Shown here: positions 47,933 to 57,730 of the stretch, in pieces
How positions within the stretch are numbered: the first letter of the stretch is position 1
Layout of the letters: every line of letters starts with the position of its first letter
From: Armatimonadota bacterium
GTDB lineage: Bacteria; Armatimonadota; UBA5829; DSUL01
DNA length: 64,000 bases
Direction: 5' to 3'
Assembly: GCA_039811685.1 (NCBI GenBank)
Contig: JBDHZC010000002.1
Location: forward strand, 288,001-352,000
Position numbers and translations under genes: made by a program
The notes under the pieces: model-generated
Database searches by the model: none
Told to the model about the DNA's origin: nothing
What the model saw: the letters and a program-made list of their open reading frames with translations, nothing else

Positions 47933-48772
47933 ATGATACTGGATGAAATAATCGAGTACAAGCGAACGGAGATTGACGGGCGCAAGCAGACTGTGCCGCT
48001 TGCTGAGATGCAGGAGAGGATACAGCAAGCGCCCCCAGCGCGTCCTTTCGCCGAGACCCTGCGCCGTAGCAGTCAGGGAAAGCGCCGGGCAGCGCGCGCG
48101 GCAGGCGAGCAGGCCCTCCCCCGCCCTGCACCTCCTGCGCTTATCGCGGAGATCAAGGGCAAGTCTCCAAGCAAAGGCTCCATCCGGGAGAACGTCAATG
48201 CGCTGGAGATTGCGAAAGTCTATGAAGCTGGTGGAGCGGCGTGTCTTTCCATCCTCACAGACTCGCGTTTTTTTGGCGGCGCGCTTGAACGCATTCCAAC
48301 AGTGCGGGAGCATGTCCGGCTGCCAATTCTCCAGAAGGACTTCATCGTGGAGCCCTATCAGGTGTTTGAAGCGCGGGCACACGGCGCGGACTGCGTTCTG
48401 CTGATTGTTGCGGCGCTGGAGGCGGATGTTTTGAAGAGCCTCTACGGCCAGGCGCGAGAGCTGGGAATGGATGCGCTGGTGGAGGCGCACACGATGGCTG
48501 AGCTGGACTTTGCCGTAGCCAGCGGCTTTGAGCTGATCGGCATTAACAATCGCAACCTTGCCACCTTCGATGTGACGCTGGAGACAACTGAGAAGCTGGC
48601 GGCGTCGGTTCCCTCTGAGCGCATCCTGGTCGGAGAGAGCGGGATATTCGAAAAATGCGACGTTGACAGGCTGGCGCAAGCGGGAGTTGACGCTGTGCTG
48701 GTGGGTGAGGCGCTGATGGCTTCTGAGGATATCGAAGCCAAGGTGCGCGAGCTTGCCGGAGTGTCTGGTTGA
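47933..48772 (+). CDS. trpC: Indole-3-glycerol phosphate synthase
   Basis: IAEIKGKSPSKG, LSILTD, KDFI, IGINNRNL, GESGI, VLVGEALM. Confidence 0.96.
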   Translation: MILDEIIEYKRTEIDGRKQTVPLAEMQERIQQAPPARPFAETLRRSSQGKRRAARAAGEQALPRPAPPALIAEIKGKSPSKGSIRENVNALEIAKVYEAGGAACLSILTDSRFFGGALERIPTVREHVRLPILQKDFIVEPYQVFEARAHGADCVLLIVAALEADVLKSLYGQARELGMDALVEAHTMAELDFAVASGFELIGINNRNLATFDVTLETTEKLAASVPSERILVGESGIFEKCDVDRLAQAGVDAVLVGEALMASEDIEAKVRELAGVSG

Positions 48773-49392
48773 CCCGTGTAAAGATTTGTGGTATCACGAA
48801 TCTACAGGACGCTCAGGCGGCTGTTGAGGCTGGAGCGGACGCCCTGGGGTTTGTTTTCGCGGAGAGCCCTCGCCGTATCTCCCCCGAAAGCGCCCGCGAT
48901 ATCATCCGCCGGCTGCCTCCATTTGTGCAGGCCGTGGGTGTGTTTGTGGGCGAGGACCCGGACGCTTCCACGATTGCGGCTGCATGCTCTCTGGATGCTG
49001 TTCAGCTTCACTCGGGCTACTCACTGCCGTATGTCCGGAGAATCGCGGACAGGCGCATTGTCCTTGGGATTCGCGTGAAAAACGAAGCGTCTCTGCAGGA
49101 CGTGCCAGGTGTGGAGCATGCGTGTGCGATTCTGCTGGACGCTTTTGTGCCGGAGGCTGCCGGAGGAAGTGGAAAAACCTTCGACTGGGAGCTTGCCAGG
49201 CAGGCGGATAGACTGGGAAAGCCGGTTATCGTCTCCGGTGGACTTACGGTGGACAACGTCGAGTCTGCCGTGAGACAAATGCGCCCCTACGCGGTGGACG
49301 TCTCCAGCGGTGTCGAATCCAGGCCGGGCGTGAAAGATCCGGAAAAGGTCAGGCTATTTATTGAGCGCGCAAAAGCTACACCAGATTTCTGA
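48769..49392 (+). CDS. trpF: Phosphoribosylanthranilate isomerase
   Basis: [30 protein letters not shown]. Confidence 0.96.
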   Translation: MTRVKICGITNLQDAQAAVEAGADALGFVFAESPRRISPESARDIIRRLPPFVQAVGVFVGEDPDASTIAAACSLDAVQLHSGYSLPYVRRIADRRIVLGIRVKNEASLQDVPGVEHACAILLDAFVPEAAGGSGKTFDWELARQADRLGKPVIVSGGLTVDNVESAVRQMRPYAVDVSSGVESRPGVKDPEKVRLFIERAKATPDF

Positions 49393-50599
49393 ACCCCCCT
49401 CACGGTGGCATTTTGGCCCGTACGGCGGCCGCTTTGTGCCAGAGACACTGATCCCCGCGCTGGATGAGTTGGCGGCGATTTACGAAGACAGCCGGGAGTC
49501 CAAAGAGTTCCAGGAAGAGCTGAACCACTACCTGCGGACCTACGTCGGACGCCCGACGGGTCTGTACTTCGCCCGGCGTCTAACGGAAAAGCTCGGAGGC
49601 GCCCGGATTTACCTGAAGCGGGAAGACCTCTGTCACACGGGCGCCCACAAACTCAACAACGTCATGGGGCAGATTTTGCTGGCCCGCAAGATGGGCAAGC
49701 CCCGAATCATTGCCGAGACTGGCGCGGGGCAGCATGGCGTTGCGACCGCAACCGTGTGCGCACTGTTTGGCTTTAAGTGTGACGTTTATATGGGCGAAGA
49801 GGACATCCATCGGCAGGCTCTCAATGTCTTCCGGATGGAGCTGCTGGGGGCGCGCGTCATTCCGGTCACATCGGGTACGCGCACTCTCAAGGACGCCACC
49901 AACGAGGCGCTGCGCGACTGGGTCACAAATGTCGCCGATACCCATTACGTGATTGGCTCGGTCGTCGGCCCCTACCCCTATCCGCTGATGGTGCGGGACT
50001 TCCAGTCAGTCATCGGAAAAGAGGCGCGCCAGCAGATTCTGGAGCTTGAGGGACGCCTGCCGGACTACGTGATGGCCTGCGTCGGCGGTGGTTCAAACGC
50101 CATTGGCATCTTCTATCCGTTCATTGAAGACAAAGAGGTAAAGCTGATAGGCGTGGAGGCAGCGGGCCACGGCATTGAAAGCAAGGACACGGCAGCCACG
50201 CTTGTAGCGGGAAGGCCGGGAGTCCTGCATGGCTCCTACAGCTATCTCTTGCAGGATGAGAGCGGGCAGGTTGCGCAGACGCACTCGGTGTCCGCGGGGC
50301 TGGACTATCCGGGCGTCGGGCCGGAACATAGCTGGCTGCGGGACAGTGGCCGGGCGCAGTATGTGGGTATTACTGATTCAGAAGCTCTGCAGGGATTTGA
50401 GGAGTTGACGCGACTGGAGGGCATTATTCCAGCGCTTGAGCCGTCACACGCAATCGCGCAGTGTATCAAGCTGGCGCCGACGCTTTCGAAGGATAGAATT
50501 GTTATTGTCAACCTCTCGGGCAGGGGAGACAAGGATGTGGAGACTGTTGCCCGCCTGATGGAGAAGCAAAGTGAGCCGGATCAGCCGTCGCTTTTCTGA
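49361..50599 (+). CDS. trpB: Tryptophan synthase beta chain
   Basis: [55 protein letters not shown]. Confidence 0.97.
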   Translation: MSAQKLHQISEPPSRWHFGPYGGRFVPETLIPALDELAAIYEDSRESKEFQEELNHYLRTYVGRPTGLYFARRLTEKLGGARIYLKREDLCHTGAHKLNNVMGQILLARKMGKPRIIAETGAGQHGVATATVCALFGFKCDVYMGEEDIHRQALNVFRMELLGARVIPVTSGTRTLKDATNEALRDWVTNVADTHYVIGSVVGPYPYPLMVRDFQSVIGKEARQQILELEGRLPDYVMACVGGGSNAIGIFYPFIEDKEVKLIGVEAAGHGIESKDTAATLVAGRPGVLHGSYSYLLQDESGQVAQTHSVSAGLDYPGVGPEHSWLRDSGRAQYVGITDSEALQGFEELTRLEGIIPALEPSHAIAQCIKLAPTLSKDRIVIVNLSGRGDKDVETVARLMEKQSEPDQPSLF

Positions 50600-51383
50600 G
50601 TTACGACAAACGGGCGGGCACGCGCTGGTGCCTTTTATCGCTGGCGGAGACCCCGGGATTTTCGCAACCGATCCGCTGGTGCTGGAGCTGGAAGCTGCGG
50701 GCGCGGACGTTGTCGAGATCGGTGTGCCTTTCTCCGACCCGATGGCGGACGGCCCCAGCAATCAGGCGGCTTTTTTCCGGGCGCTCCAGCGTGGCGTGAG
50801 CCTGCAGGATGTGCTGGACGCTGTCGAACGGATTCGTCAGGTCTCCCAGACGCCAATTGTGCTGATGACCTACAGCAACCCCGTATTCAGCTTCGGGTTG
50901 GAGAAATTTGCAACGGAAGCAGAGCGCGCCGGAGTGGACGGCGTGATTATGACCGATCTGACGCCTGAAGAATCCGGAAAGTGGATTAGCTCGGCGCGTG
51001 AGCACAATCTGGACACTATTTTTCTGCTTGCCCCAACAAGCACAGATGAGCGAATTGAACTCGTTGCCAGCATCAGCACTGGCTTTATTTACTGCGTCTC
51101 CCGCACTGGAATCACCGGAGCGCGCCAGGCGCTGCCGCCGGAGTTAGGTGATTTACTGCGGAAAATACGGAATCATACCGATAAGCCTGTTGTTGTCGGG
51201 TTTGGAATTTCAACCCGGGAGCACGTGCAGGAGGTTTGCCGGATTGCCGACGGAGCCGTTGTCGGCAGCGCGCTTGTGGATTTTATTCACGCGAAACACC
51301 GGCAGGACGATTTCCTGCCCAGGGTTCGGGAGTTTGTGCGAGATTTGAAAGAGGGGACGGGCGTTCTCGCTCCATCCCACTGA
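50571..51383 (+). CDS. trpA: Tryptophan synthase alpha chain
   Basis: [36 protein letters not shown]. Confidence 0.96.
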   Translation: MSRISRRFSELRQTGGHALVPFIAGGDPGIFATDPLVLELEAAGADVVEIGVPFSDPMADGPSNQAAFFRALQRGVSLQDVLDAVERIRQVSQTPIVLMTYSNPVFSFGLEKFATEAERAGVDGVIMTDLTPEESGKWISSAREHNLDTIFLLAPTSTDERIELVASISTGFIYCVSRTGITGARQALPPELGDLLRKIRNHTDKPVVVGFGISTREHVQEVCRIADGAVVGSALVDFIHAKHRQDDFLPRVREFVRDLKEGTGVLAPSH

Positions 51384-51536
51384 CCTTTTCCGGGTCTGAC
51401 ACATTCCCCCGCAGCGAAGCAGCAGCCGCAGCTAAAATGCCAGTAGCGCCTGCGCTGATGGGCTCTGTCATCGAAAATTGATGCACAGACCTCGCAGGGC
51501 GGCACTTCAGTGCGCAGCTTCGAACGAAGGCGTGCG

Positions 51537-52271
51537 ATGTACACCAGAGAACAGTTCGCGAAAATGATGGACTACACGCTCTTGCGGGCGACCTCAACCC
51601 GCGATGACGTGATCCGGATCTGCTCCGAAGCAAGAGACTACCATTTTGCAAGCGTATGCGTGCTCCCGTGCTGGGTCAATACGGCGGCGCGCCAGCTCGA
51701 AGGCTCGGATGTCAAAGTTGGAACGGTTGTCAGCTTCCCCTACGGAGCTACCAGCCGCGCTGTTAAGGTGGCCGAGGCCAAAGCTGCCCTTGCGAAAGGG
51801 GCTGAAGAGCTGGATGTGGTGATGAATATCTCCGCTTTCAAGAGCGGGGAATACGAGATTGTCGAGCGCGAAGTGAACGATCTGGTTGACGTCCTGCGCA
51901 TGAACGAGATGATCTCTGATGACAAGCGCGCCCAGATTAAGTTTATCATCGAGACTTGCTTCCTCACAGACCCGGAGAAAAAGCTCGCCTGCGAGATTAT
52001 CCGCGACGCGGGAGCGGACTTCATAAAGACTTCCACCGGCACCGCGCAGCGTGGGGCGACAGTGGATGACATTCGCTTCATCCGGCGCATTGTTGGTCCG
52101 GGAATGGGCGTGAAAGCGGCCGGAGGTATCCGCACCGTTCAACAGACGCTTGAGCTTCTGGACGCTGGAGCAAACCGCATCGGCACCAGCGCAGCGGTCT
52201 ATCTGTATCAGAACTACAATCCCGAACAGATAGCCCGGGAGAGTCACGCTGCAGTGGACAAAGCCAGCTAG
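51537..52271 (+). CDS. deoC: Deoxyribose-phosphate aldolase
   Basis: VSFPYGA, ELDVVMN, KFIIET, DFIKTSTG, VKAAGGIRT, RIGTS. Confidence 0.95.
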   Translation: MYTREQFAKMMDYTLLRATSTRDDVIRICSEARDYHFASVCVLPCWVNTAARQLEGSDVKVGTVVSFPYGATSRAVKVAEAKAALAKGAEELDVVMNISAFKSGEYEIVEREVNDLVDVLRMNEMISDDKRAQIKFIIETCFLTDPEKKLACEIIRDAGADFIKTSTGTAQRGATVDDIRFIRRIVGPGMGVKAAGGIRTVQQTLELLDAGANRIGTSAAVYLYQNYNPEQIARESHAAVDKAS

Positions 52272-52335
52272 CCCCGTCCTTTGCGCGCGTGACATACCGC
52301 GCCCTTTCTGACAGGACGCCCAGAGGCGTGGAACC

Positions 52336-53427
52336 CTATTTCACGAGAATATCTGCCCGCTGACGCCACCCGGAAGGAGTCTGCACATCCACGATCGGCC
52401 ACTCCGGCGTCACAGTCAGCACATCTGGCCACGGTTCACTTGCCAGCACCGTATCCTCTGACTTTGCGCCCGTGATGGAGGGATTCCAGGCAAACGGCTG
52501 AAGTGGAGCGATGCGCTGCGGACTGCTCTGAGTGGCCCGGAACTCGCGCCCCTTGTAGCCGGTTGGCCCACCCTGGTGGTGCAGCTTCCACTCTTCAGGA
52601 TAGCCTCTGGCCGCATAAGCCTCAAAGCCTGCCTTCACGGCGTCTCCGATTGTCTCACCAGGAAGGGTGTGTGATAGAAAAGCCGCATCAACTTCGCAGA
52701 CGGCCTGATGCTTTCTTGCCAACTCCTCCGGCAGCTTTCCAAAGTGGACAATGCGGGTGCATGAGCAGATCAGGCCTTTCCAGCGCGCGCCGACAACCAG
52801 CATGCAGGCCTTTTCGATGCGTTTGGCGGTGGGAACAGGATGGCGGTAGAGACTTATGCGCTCATCGGCAGCCACGAGAATGACACTTGCGATGACGCCT
52901 TTGGAGTAAAGAGCGCCTGCGAGCTTTCCCGCGATTTCATGCTCGGACTGGCCAACCTCAACACTTTCCCCAACACGCTGCAGAGCAAGACCCGTTATCC
53001 GCCCGAGCTCCCGGTACGACTGCACCTCCTGCACGGTCAGCTCCGCGCGCAACCGATACATGAGAGGCTCCACGTCCGGCTGTCCCGGTGTGTGCATGTC
53101 TGAAGCCCACCTTTGACTTTGAAGCCTCTGTGTGACAGCACCGGTCAGATCCGGCTCCCACCAGGGAAACTCCACCACTTCAAGCCCCAGACTCACTGTC
53201 TCTTCATCACGCAATCTCGGCGCTTCGATGTTGTCGGTCACGACAAAGACTTCTGAGGGAGTCACGACTGCCGCCGCGTTGCCGTTGTCCGAGGTTATCC
53301 CAACGTGGTTGTCCGCACCGCCGGTAAGCCAGGCGAAGTTGGCCACTGTGCCGAACACCGCGCCATCCAACCCCTGCTCCTGCAGCAGCGCCCTGACGCG
53401 AGCCAGCTTCTGCTCGAAGTCCGTCAC
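52336..53427 (-). CDS. M24 family (Xaa-Pro-like) peptidase
   Basis: Creatinase-type N-terminal domain; HHQGGPTGY..RE, WNPSITGAKSEDT. Confidence 0.85.
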   Translation of the reverse strand: MTDFEQKLARVRALLQEQGLDGAVFGTVANFAWLTGGADNHVGITSDNGNAAAVVTPSEVFVVTDNIEAPRLRDEETVSLGLEVVEFPWWEPDLTGAVTQRLQSQRWASDMHTPGQPDVEPLMYRLRAELTVQEVQSYRELGRITGLALQRVGESVEVGQSEHEIAGKLAGALYSKGVIASVILVAADERISLYRHPVPTAKRIEKACMLVVGARWKGLICSCTRIVHFGKLPEELARKHQAVCEVDAAFLSHTLPGETIGDAVKAGFEAYAARGYPEEWKLHHQGGPTGYKGREFRATQSSPQRIAPLQPFAWNPSITGAKSEDTVLASEPWPDVLTVTPEWPIVDVQTPSGWRQRADILVK

Positions 53428-54350
53428 GGCTTGTCTGAGCTCGGACTCTGACGTTTCATTTCATACAGAGGCGCGGGAAGCTGCTCTGAAGTCAGCAGCA
53501 GCGCATCGCCATCACTTGAGTAACAGATCGCTTCAGCCTGCCGCATCACCGGCCCGGCGATTGGCTGCGGCTTGCTCTTCCAGATATCGTCAAAGCTCTT
53601 TGCCCCGTCCGGCAGGGTGAACTCAAGAATTCCGAGATATGTCTTGACAGCTACGTGTTTGCCGTCCGGAGAAATGTCAGCGCCAGTTATCAGGTCTGGA
53701 GCGACGTCAATCTGACCCACCCGTGTGAGCACCTTCGCCTCCCACCAGTGCTCCGTCTCTCGTGGAAGCTTATAGACTGTCGAGGGGTCCTTTGGCTCTT
53801 TTGTGATGATGTAGATGTCTCCTGTCTGGGGATGCACGGCCATGGCTTCGGAGTTGTGCGGATGATCCGGGTAAGAAAAGGTGCGATAGATGGTGGGTTC
53901 CTGGCTGAGATGAGGCGCTTCTTTGGTACCGGGGTCCGAAAGCAGCTTCGGTTCAGGAATCCGATAGACCGTCCGCTGGCAGCGATCCAGATCGTTGTTG
54001 CCAATATCTCCCAGATAAAGATAGCTTCCCTTCCCGTCCGGCCCCGGCCCCCAGGCGATGTCCTCCCAGTCCACAGCTCCCGCTGAGCGAACGAGGAACA
54101 CGCCCTTGACCTCGCCACTCGTGGAAATGGCGTAGACATAGGCGCCGTCTCCCGAATCGTTATGGACCCAGTAGATGCCCGGGTTGTTCCGGGATGCGGC
54201 GATGCCTGAAATCTCTGCGAGGAAGGGAGCGGTGATATCCGCCAGCTTTTTGGAGTCGCCGTATGGTTGGCTGAAAACTGCCTGAGCGCCCGGCAAACCT
54301 ATCAGCACACATAAGACAAAGCTCTTCAAAATACGTTGCGGCAATCTCAT
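53424..54350 (-). CDS. Secreted beta-propeller protein of unknown function
   Basis: Signal peptide; EISGIAAS..WVHNDSG, DWEDIA, YLGDIGNN, ITGADISPDG, QAEAICY. Confidence 0.75.
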   Translation of the reverse strand: MRLPQRILKSFVLCVLIGLPGAQAVFSQPYGDSKKLADITAPFLAEISGIAASRNNPGIYWVHNDSGDGAYVYAISTSGEVKGVFLVRSAGAVDWEDIAWGPGPDGKGSYLYLGDIGNNDLDRCQRTVYRIPEPKLLSDPGTKEAPHLSQEPTIYRTFSYPDHPHNSEAMAVHPQTGDIYIITKEPKDPSTVYKLPRETEHWWEAKVLTRVGQIDVAPDLITGADISPDGKHVAVKTYLGILEFTLPDGAKSFDDIWKSKPQPIAGPVMRQAEAICYSSDGDALLLTSEQLPAPLYEMKRQSPSSDKP

Positions 54351-54503
54351 ATCAGACCCTTTCGGCGCTCACCAGCGTCCGTCCTGCTCTCGGCCAGGCG
54401 GGAAATGCGCCTTCGCGTTGACGCCACAGCCATCCAGCGTCTATGATTGGGAAGCTGGCTTCGCGCAGGCAGCCGGCTTCCACGGAGGGAATCGCCCGAG
54501 CAC

Positions 54504-54980
54504 ATGTCAGAAAGCATGAAACGCTGGCTTGCAGTCGTCCGGATTGTCACCGGCGCGCTTTTCATCAACAACGCGCTGCCAAAGCTGGCGGCGCCGTATC
54601 TGCTGCACTTTCATCAGGAAGTCGCAGCGTGGGCGAAAGACAACCCGTTCCCCTGGTTCAAAGCGTTCTTACAGCAGGTTATCCTGCCCCACAGCCAGAC
54701 AGCGGCGCTGTCCATCGGAGTGGCAGAGTTTCTGGTGGGAGTCTGTCTTTTAGCCGGCTTTCTCAGCGGGCTGGCCGCACTCATCGGTACAGTTCACGGC
54801 GTGGCTATGATGCTGGCGACTTCCCACCTGACGCACGCGCCTGCGCCCGGCATCTCGCATGTCTTAGACGCAAACAATGTATTCGCAGTGCTCGTGCTGA
54901 TTTTACTGTTTGCGGGCCGCGCAGGGCGAACGTGGGGGTTCGGAGCAAAACTGGGAGGGTCCAGGAGTATCCTGTGGTAA
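54504..54980 (+). CDS. DoxX/DoxD-like membrane protein
   Basis: LAVVRIVTG, AEFLVGVCLLAG, AGRTWG pattern; four hydrophobic segments. Confidence 0.75.
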   Translation: MSESMKRWLAVVRIVTGALFINNALPKLAAPYLLHFHQEVAAWAKDNPFPWFKAFLQQVILPHSQTAALSIGVAEFLVGVCLLAGFLSGLAALIGTVHGVAMMLATSHLTHAPAPGISHVLDANNVFAVLVLILLFAGRAGRTWGFGAKLGGSRSILW

Positions 54981-54982
54981 AG

Positions 54983-55450
54983 ATGAGAAGATTTTGGCTG
55001 ACGAGCTGTCCGGATGAGGGCGCTGCGGCCTTCGAGGCTGTGGCGACGCGCATGTCCCGCGAGATGCCACGTGTAGTGTTCTGCAGCGAACACCCGCACA
55101 GCTATCACCTTGCGAGTGAGATAGCGAAGACACAGGATGTCCGTCTTCGCGCGCGCAGACGCTTGAACCTGCCGACGGTGGAAGGCGAACAGCCAGAAAC
55201 GGCTATGGCTGAAATAGACTCCATCGCCCGGCAGCCTGGGCCCCGCACGGTTGCTGTTGTGGTGGAGACTGCGCTCATCCAGATGATTCTGTGTCACCTG
55301 CTCAGCCTGCCGGCTTCCCAGCGCCACCGGATGGGACAGCAGCCCGGAGCCGTAAACCTCCTGCTCAATGAGAGCGGATTGTGGATGATTGACAGTGTGA
55401 ACGACATCGGACACCTGCAGGCGCGGTGTGCGGGCTCCGCCCAGCCATAA
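54983..55450 (+). CDS. Histidine-phosphatase-fold protein lacking catalytic histidines
   Basis: C-terminal half (TVAVVV..LIQMILCHLLSLP...GAVN...W.IDSVNDIGHL) matches the family; no RHG motif. Confidence 0.65.
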   Translation: MRRFWLTSCPDEGAAAFEAVATRMSREMPRVVFCSEHPHSYHLASEIAKTQDVRLRARRRLNLPTVEGEQPETAMAEIDSIARQPGPRTVAVVVETALIQMILCHLLSLPASQRHRMGQQPGAVNLLLNESGLWMIDSVNDIGHLQARCAGSAQP

Positions 55451-55488
55451 ACGAGCTGCGATGTCGCAAATAACCCGATAAGCTGAAT

Positions 55489-56526
55489 ATGGACATTACA
55501 TCGAGTCAACTCTTCGACAGAATTCTCGGCTGCTTTGCGGGTCTGGCTGCGGGTGATGCGCTGGGGCAGACCTACCGCGGGCTCACATGGCAGCAAGTCG
55601 CTGAGCTGTTCGAGCGAGTCGAGAGCTTTCAGAAATGGAGCGACAGCGACGGACACAGACATCCGGCCGGCGAGGTTTCAGAAACCCTCAGGCTGGCCGC
55701 TGACGCCGCGCTGCTGGGGCTTTCACACGAGAATGTGCCCGCATCCGGGGACATTCTGACGGCTGCTGAGAAGATGGGAAATATCTCAAGTCTGGCGCTG
55801 AGACTTGCCGTCGAAAGGTCGCACGCGCGCCCGGTGACGCCTGTTCGGGGACTTCCGGAGGTGCCCGGGGCAGAACCGCTGTACCTGGGAGCGGTACTCG
55901 GAGCCTTAAGCCCGGGGGATCCGGAAGCGGCATTCCTGCGGACAGGTGCGGCATGCGGGTTTCTGGCGGAGGGTCCCTCCCTGGAAGCAGGACAGACTCT
56001 GGCCGCTGCCGTAGCGTCGGCGTTTTTTCCTGAGAGCGAGCCTTCCACAGTGCTTGACACGGCGCTGGAATACGCTCCCCCGGCAGTTTCCCGCGTCCTG
56101 CAGCGGGCGGCTCTGTTTGCGCGCGAGCATCTCGCGCACCCGCTCTCGCTCATTACTCCGGCCATTGACAGCCATCTGACAGCGTCGCCCGGCGTGCGAA
56201 ACTCACCACTGGAAGCCCTGGCGGTCGGTCTGGTGTGCGTCTATGCCAGCGATGGACGCCCACAGGCGGCCATAACGGCTGCAGCGGCGTATGGAGGATT
56301 GAGTCACGCGACCGCAGCCGCCTCTGGCGCACTCACAGGCGCGCTTCGGGGGGCATCAGCGTTGCCGGCGCAGTGGACTCAGGCTCTGAAGCAGTCCAAC
56401 CCGAACCTGCAGCTTGAGAAGATTGCGAGCGCAGTCTGCAAGCTTGTTCTCAATCAAGTGGACGAGGCGACCAGAAGAACTCAGATGTTGAACGCGATGA
56501 CATCGGCCCCTGTTTCGCCGGACTAG
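55489..56526 (+). CDS. ADP-ribosylglycohydrolase-family protein, degenerate active site
   Basis: RILGCFAGLAAGDALG and ATAAASGALTGALRGASALPAQW; TDD and DxD motifs replaced. Confidence 0.8.
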   Translation: MDITSSQLFDRILGCFAGLAAGDALGQTYRGLTWQQVAELFERVESFQKWSDSDGHRHPAGEVSETLRLAADAALLGLSHENVPASGDILTAAEKMGNISSLALRLAVERSHARPVTPVRGLPEVPGAEPLYLGAVLGALSPGDPEAAFLRTGAACGFLAEGPSLEAGQTLAAAVASAFFPESEPSTVLDTALEYAPPAVSRVLQRAALFAREHLAHPLSLITPAIDSHLTASPGVRNSPLEALAVGLVCVYASDGRPQAAITAAAAYGGLSHATAAASGALTGALRGASALPAQWTQALKQSNPNLQLEKIASAVCKLVLNQVDEATRRTQMLNAMTSAPVSPD

Positions 56527-56656
56527 AGAACGCGTATCCGGAAAGAACCCATTGGCTGCCGCCCAGTTTGCATGTGAGCGGCCTCTTCAGAGCGGCGAAT
56601 CACTTCGAGCTGACAAACATGCTAGAATACCGCCGTTGCAGCAGGAGGCTTGAGTA

Positions 56657-57727
56657 TTGCAGGTTCATAGCGTCGCCGAAAGTGACCGGGGCGCATTCCA
56701 CGAATTTATCCGCCAGAGCCCTTACGGCGATGTTCTTCAGACGGCGGCCTGGGCGCGCCTGAAATCCGCGTCCGGCTGGAAAGCTCACTATCTGCGCGTC
56801 GGAGACGAAGCAGACACGGTGGCGGCGTGTGTTGCTCTGGAGCGACGGCTCCCCAGAGTGCCTTTTACTCTCCTGTACTGTCCGCGAGGACCCGTGCTGA
56901 ACTGGAATACGCCGGATGCGCTTGTTGCGCTGACAGACGCACTGAAAGGCCTGGCCCGCAAGCGGCGCGCTATCCTGGTGAAGATTGACCCGCCTGTTCC
57001 TGCGGACACTCCCGGAGTGCGTGAGGCGCTGAGGAGGGCTGGTTTCAGGCATATTGAGTCCGCGGGATTCGGCGGGACACAGCCACGATGCGTGATGAAG
57101 CTGGATCTTTCTGCGGGGCTGGATCAAGTCTTCGAATCCTTCAAACCGAAGTGGCGCTACAACGTGCGCCTGGCGGAGCGCAAGGGGGTTGTTGTTCGCG
57201 AGGGCGGCGCACAGGACGTGGACACGTTCTATGACATCCTGCTGGAGACCGCAAAGCGAGACCGCTTTCTGGTGCGTGGGCGCGAGTATTTTCACTCTAT
57301 GTGGAGAGAGCTCAGCGCCGACCGCCTCATCCGTGTCTTCCTCGCAGAGTACGAGGGCCAGACAATTTCCGGCGCGTTGCTGTACGTGCTTGGAAAACAG
57401 GCGTGGTACACCTACGGCGCCAGCTCCAACGAACACCGCAACGTCATGCCAAACCACCTCATGCAGTGGCGTATGATGCAGGCGGCGGCCGAGGCGGGAT
57501 GCGCGGTTTATGATTTCCGGGGCGTATCGTGCAATCAGGAAGCCGCCGAAGACGATCATCTTCAGGGCCTCAACCGATTCAAGGCAGGCTTTAACGCCCA
57601 GTTTGTCGAGTACGTCGGCGAGTATGATTTGCCTGTCTCACGCGCAATGTACACGGCCTGGACTAAAGTGGCGCCCGTAGCGCTTGGAATGCTGAAGAAA
57701 CGGGCAGCCGCGTCGGAGATAGAATAA
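56657..57727 (+). CDS. FemABX-family tRNA-dependent peptidoglycan aminoacyltransferase (FemX/MurM-like)
   Basis: YCPRGP, KIDPP, KWRYNVRLAERKGV, WYTYGASS..RNVMPNHLMQW, YDFRG, GLNRFKAGF..EYVGEYD. Confidence 0.92.
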   Translation: MQVHSVAESDRGAFHEFIRQSPYGDVLQTAAWARLKSASGWKAHYLRVGDEADTVAACVALERRLPRVPFTLLYCPRGPVLNWNTPDALVALTDALKGLARKRRAILVKIDPPVPADTPGVREALRRAGFRHIESAGFGGTQPRCVMKLDLSAGLDQVFESFKPKWRYNVRLAERKGVVVREGGAQDVDTFYDILLETAKRDRFLVRGREYFHSMWRELSADRLIRVFLAEYEGQTISGALLYVLGKQAWYTYGASSNEHRNVMPNHLMQWRMMQAAAEAGCAVYDFRGVSCNQEAAEDDHLQGLNRFKAGFNAQFVEYVGEYDLPVSRAMYTAWTKVAPVALGMLKKRAAASEIE

Positions 57728-57730
57728 GCC

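Noticed and set aside
54443..54982. N-terminal 180 aa of the 335-aa ORF as a fusion or frameshift
   Set aside because: This part overlaps the DoxX gene in another frame; the real gene most likely starts at 54974 or 54983 behind an AGGAG RBS
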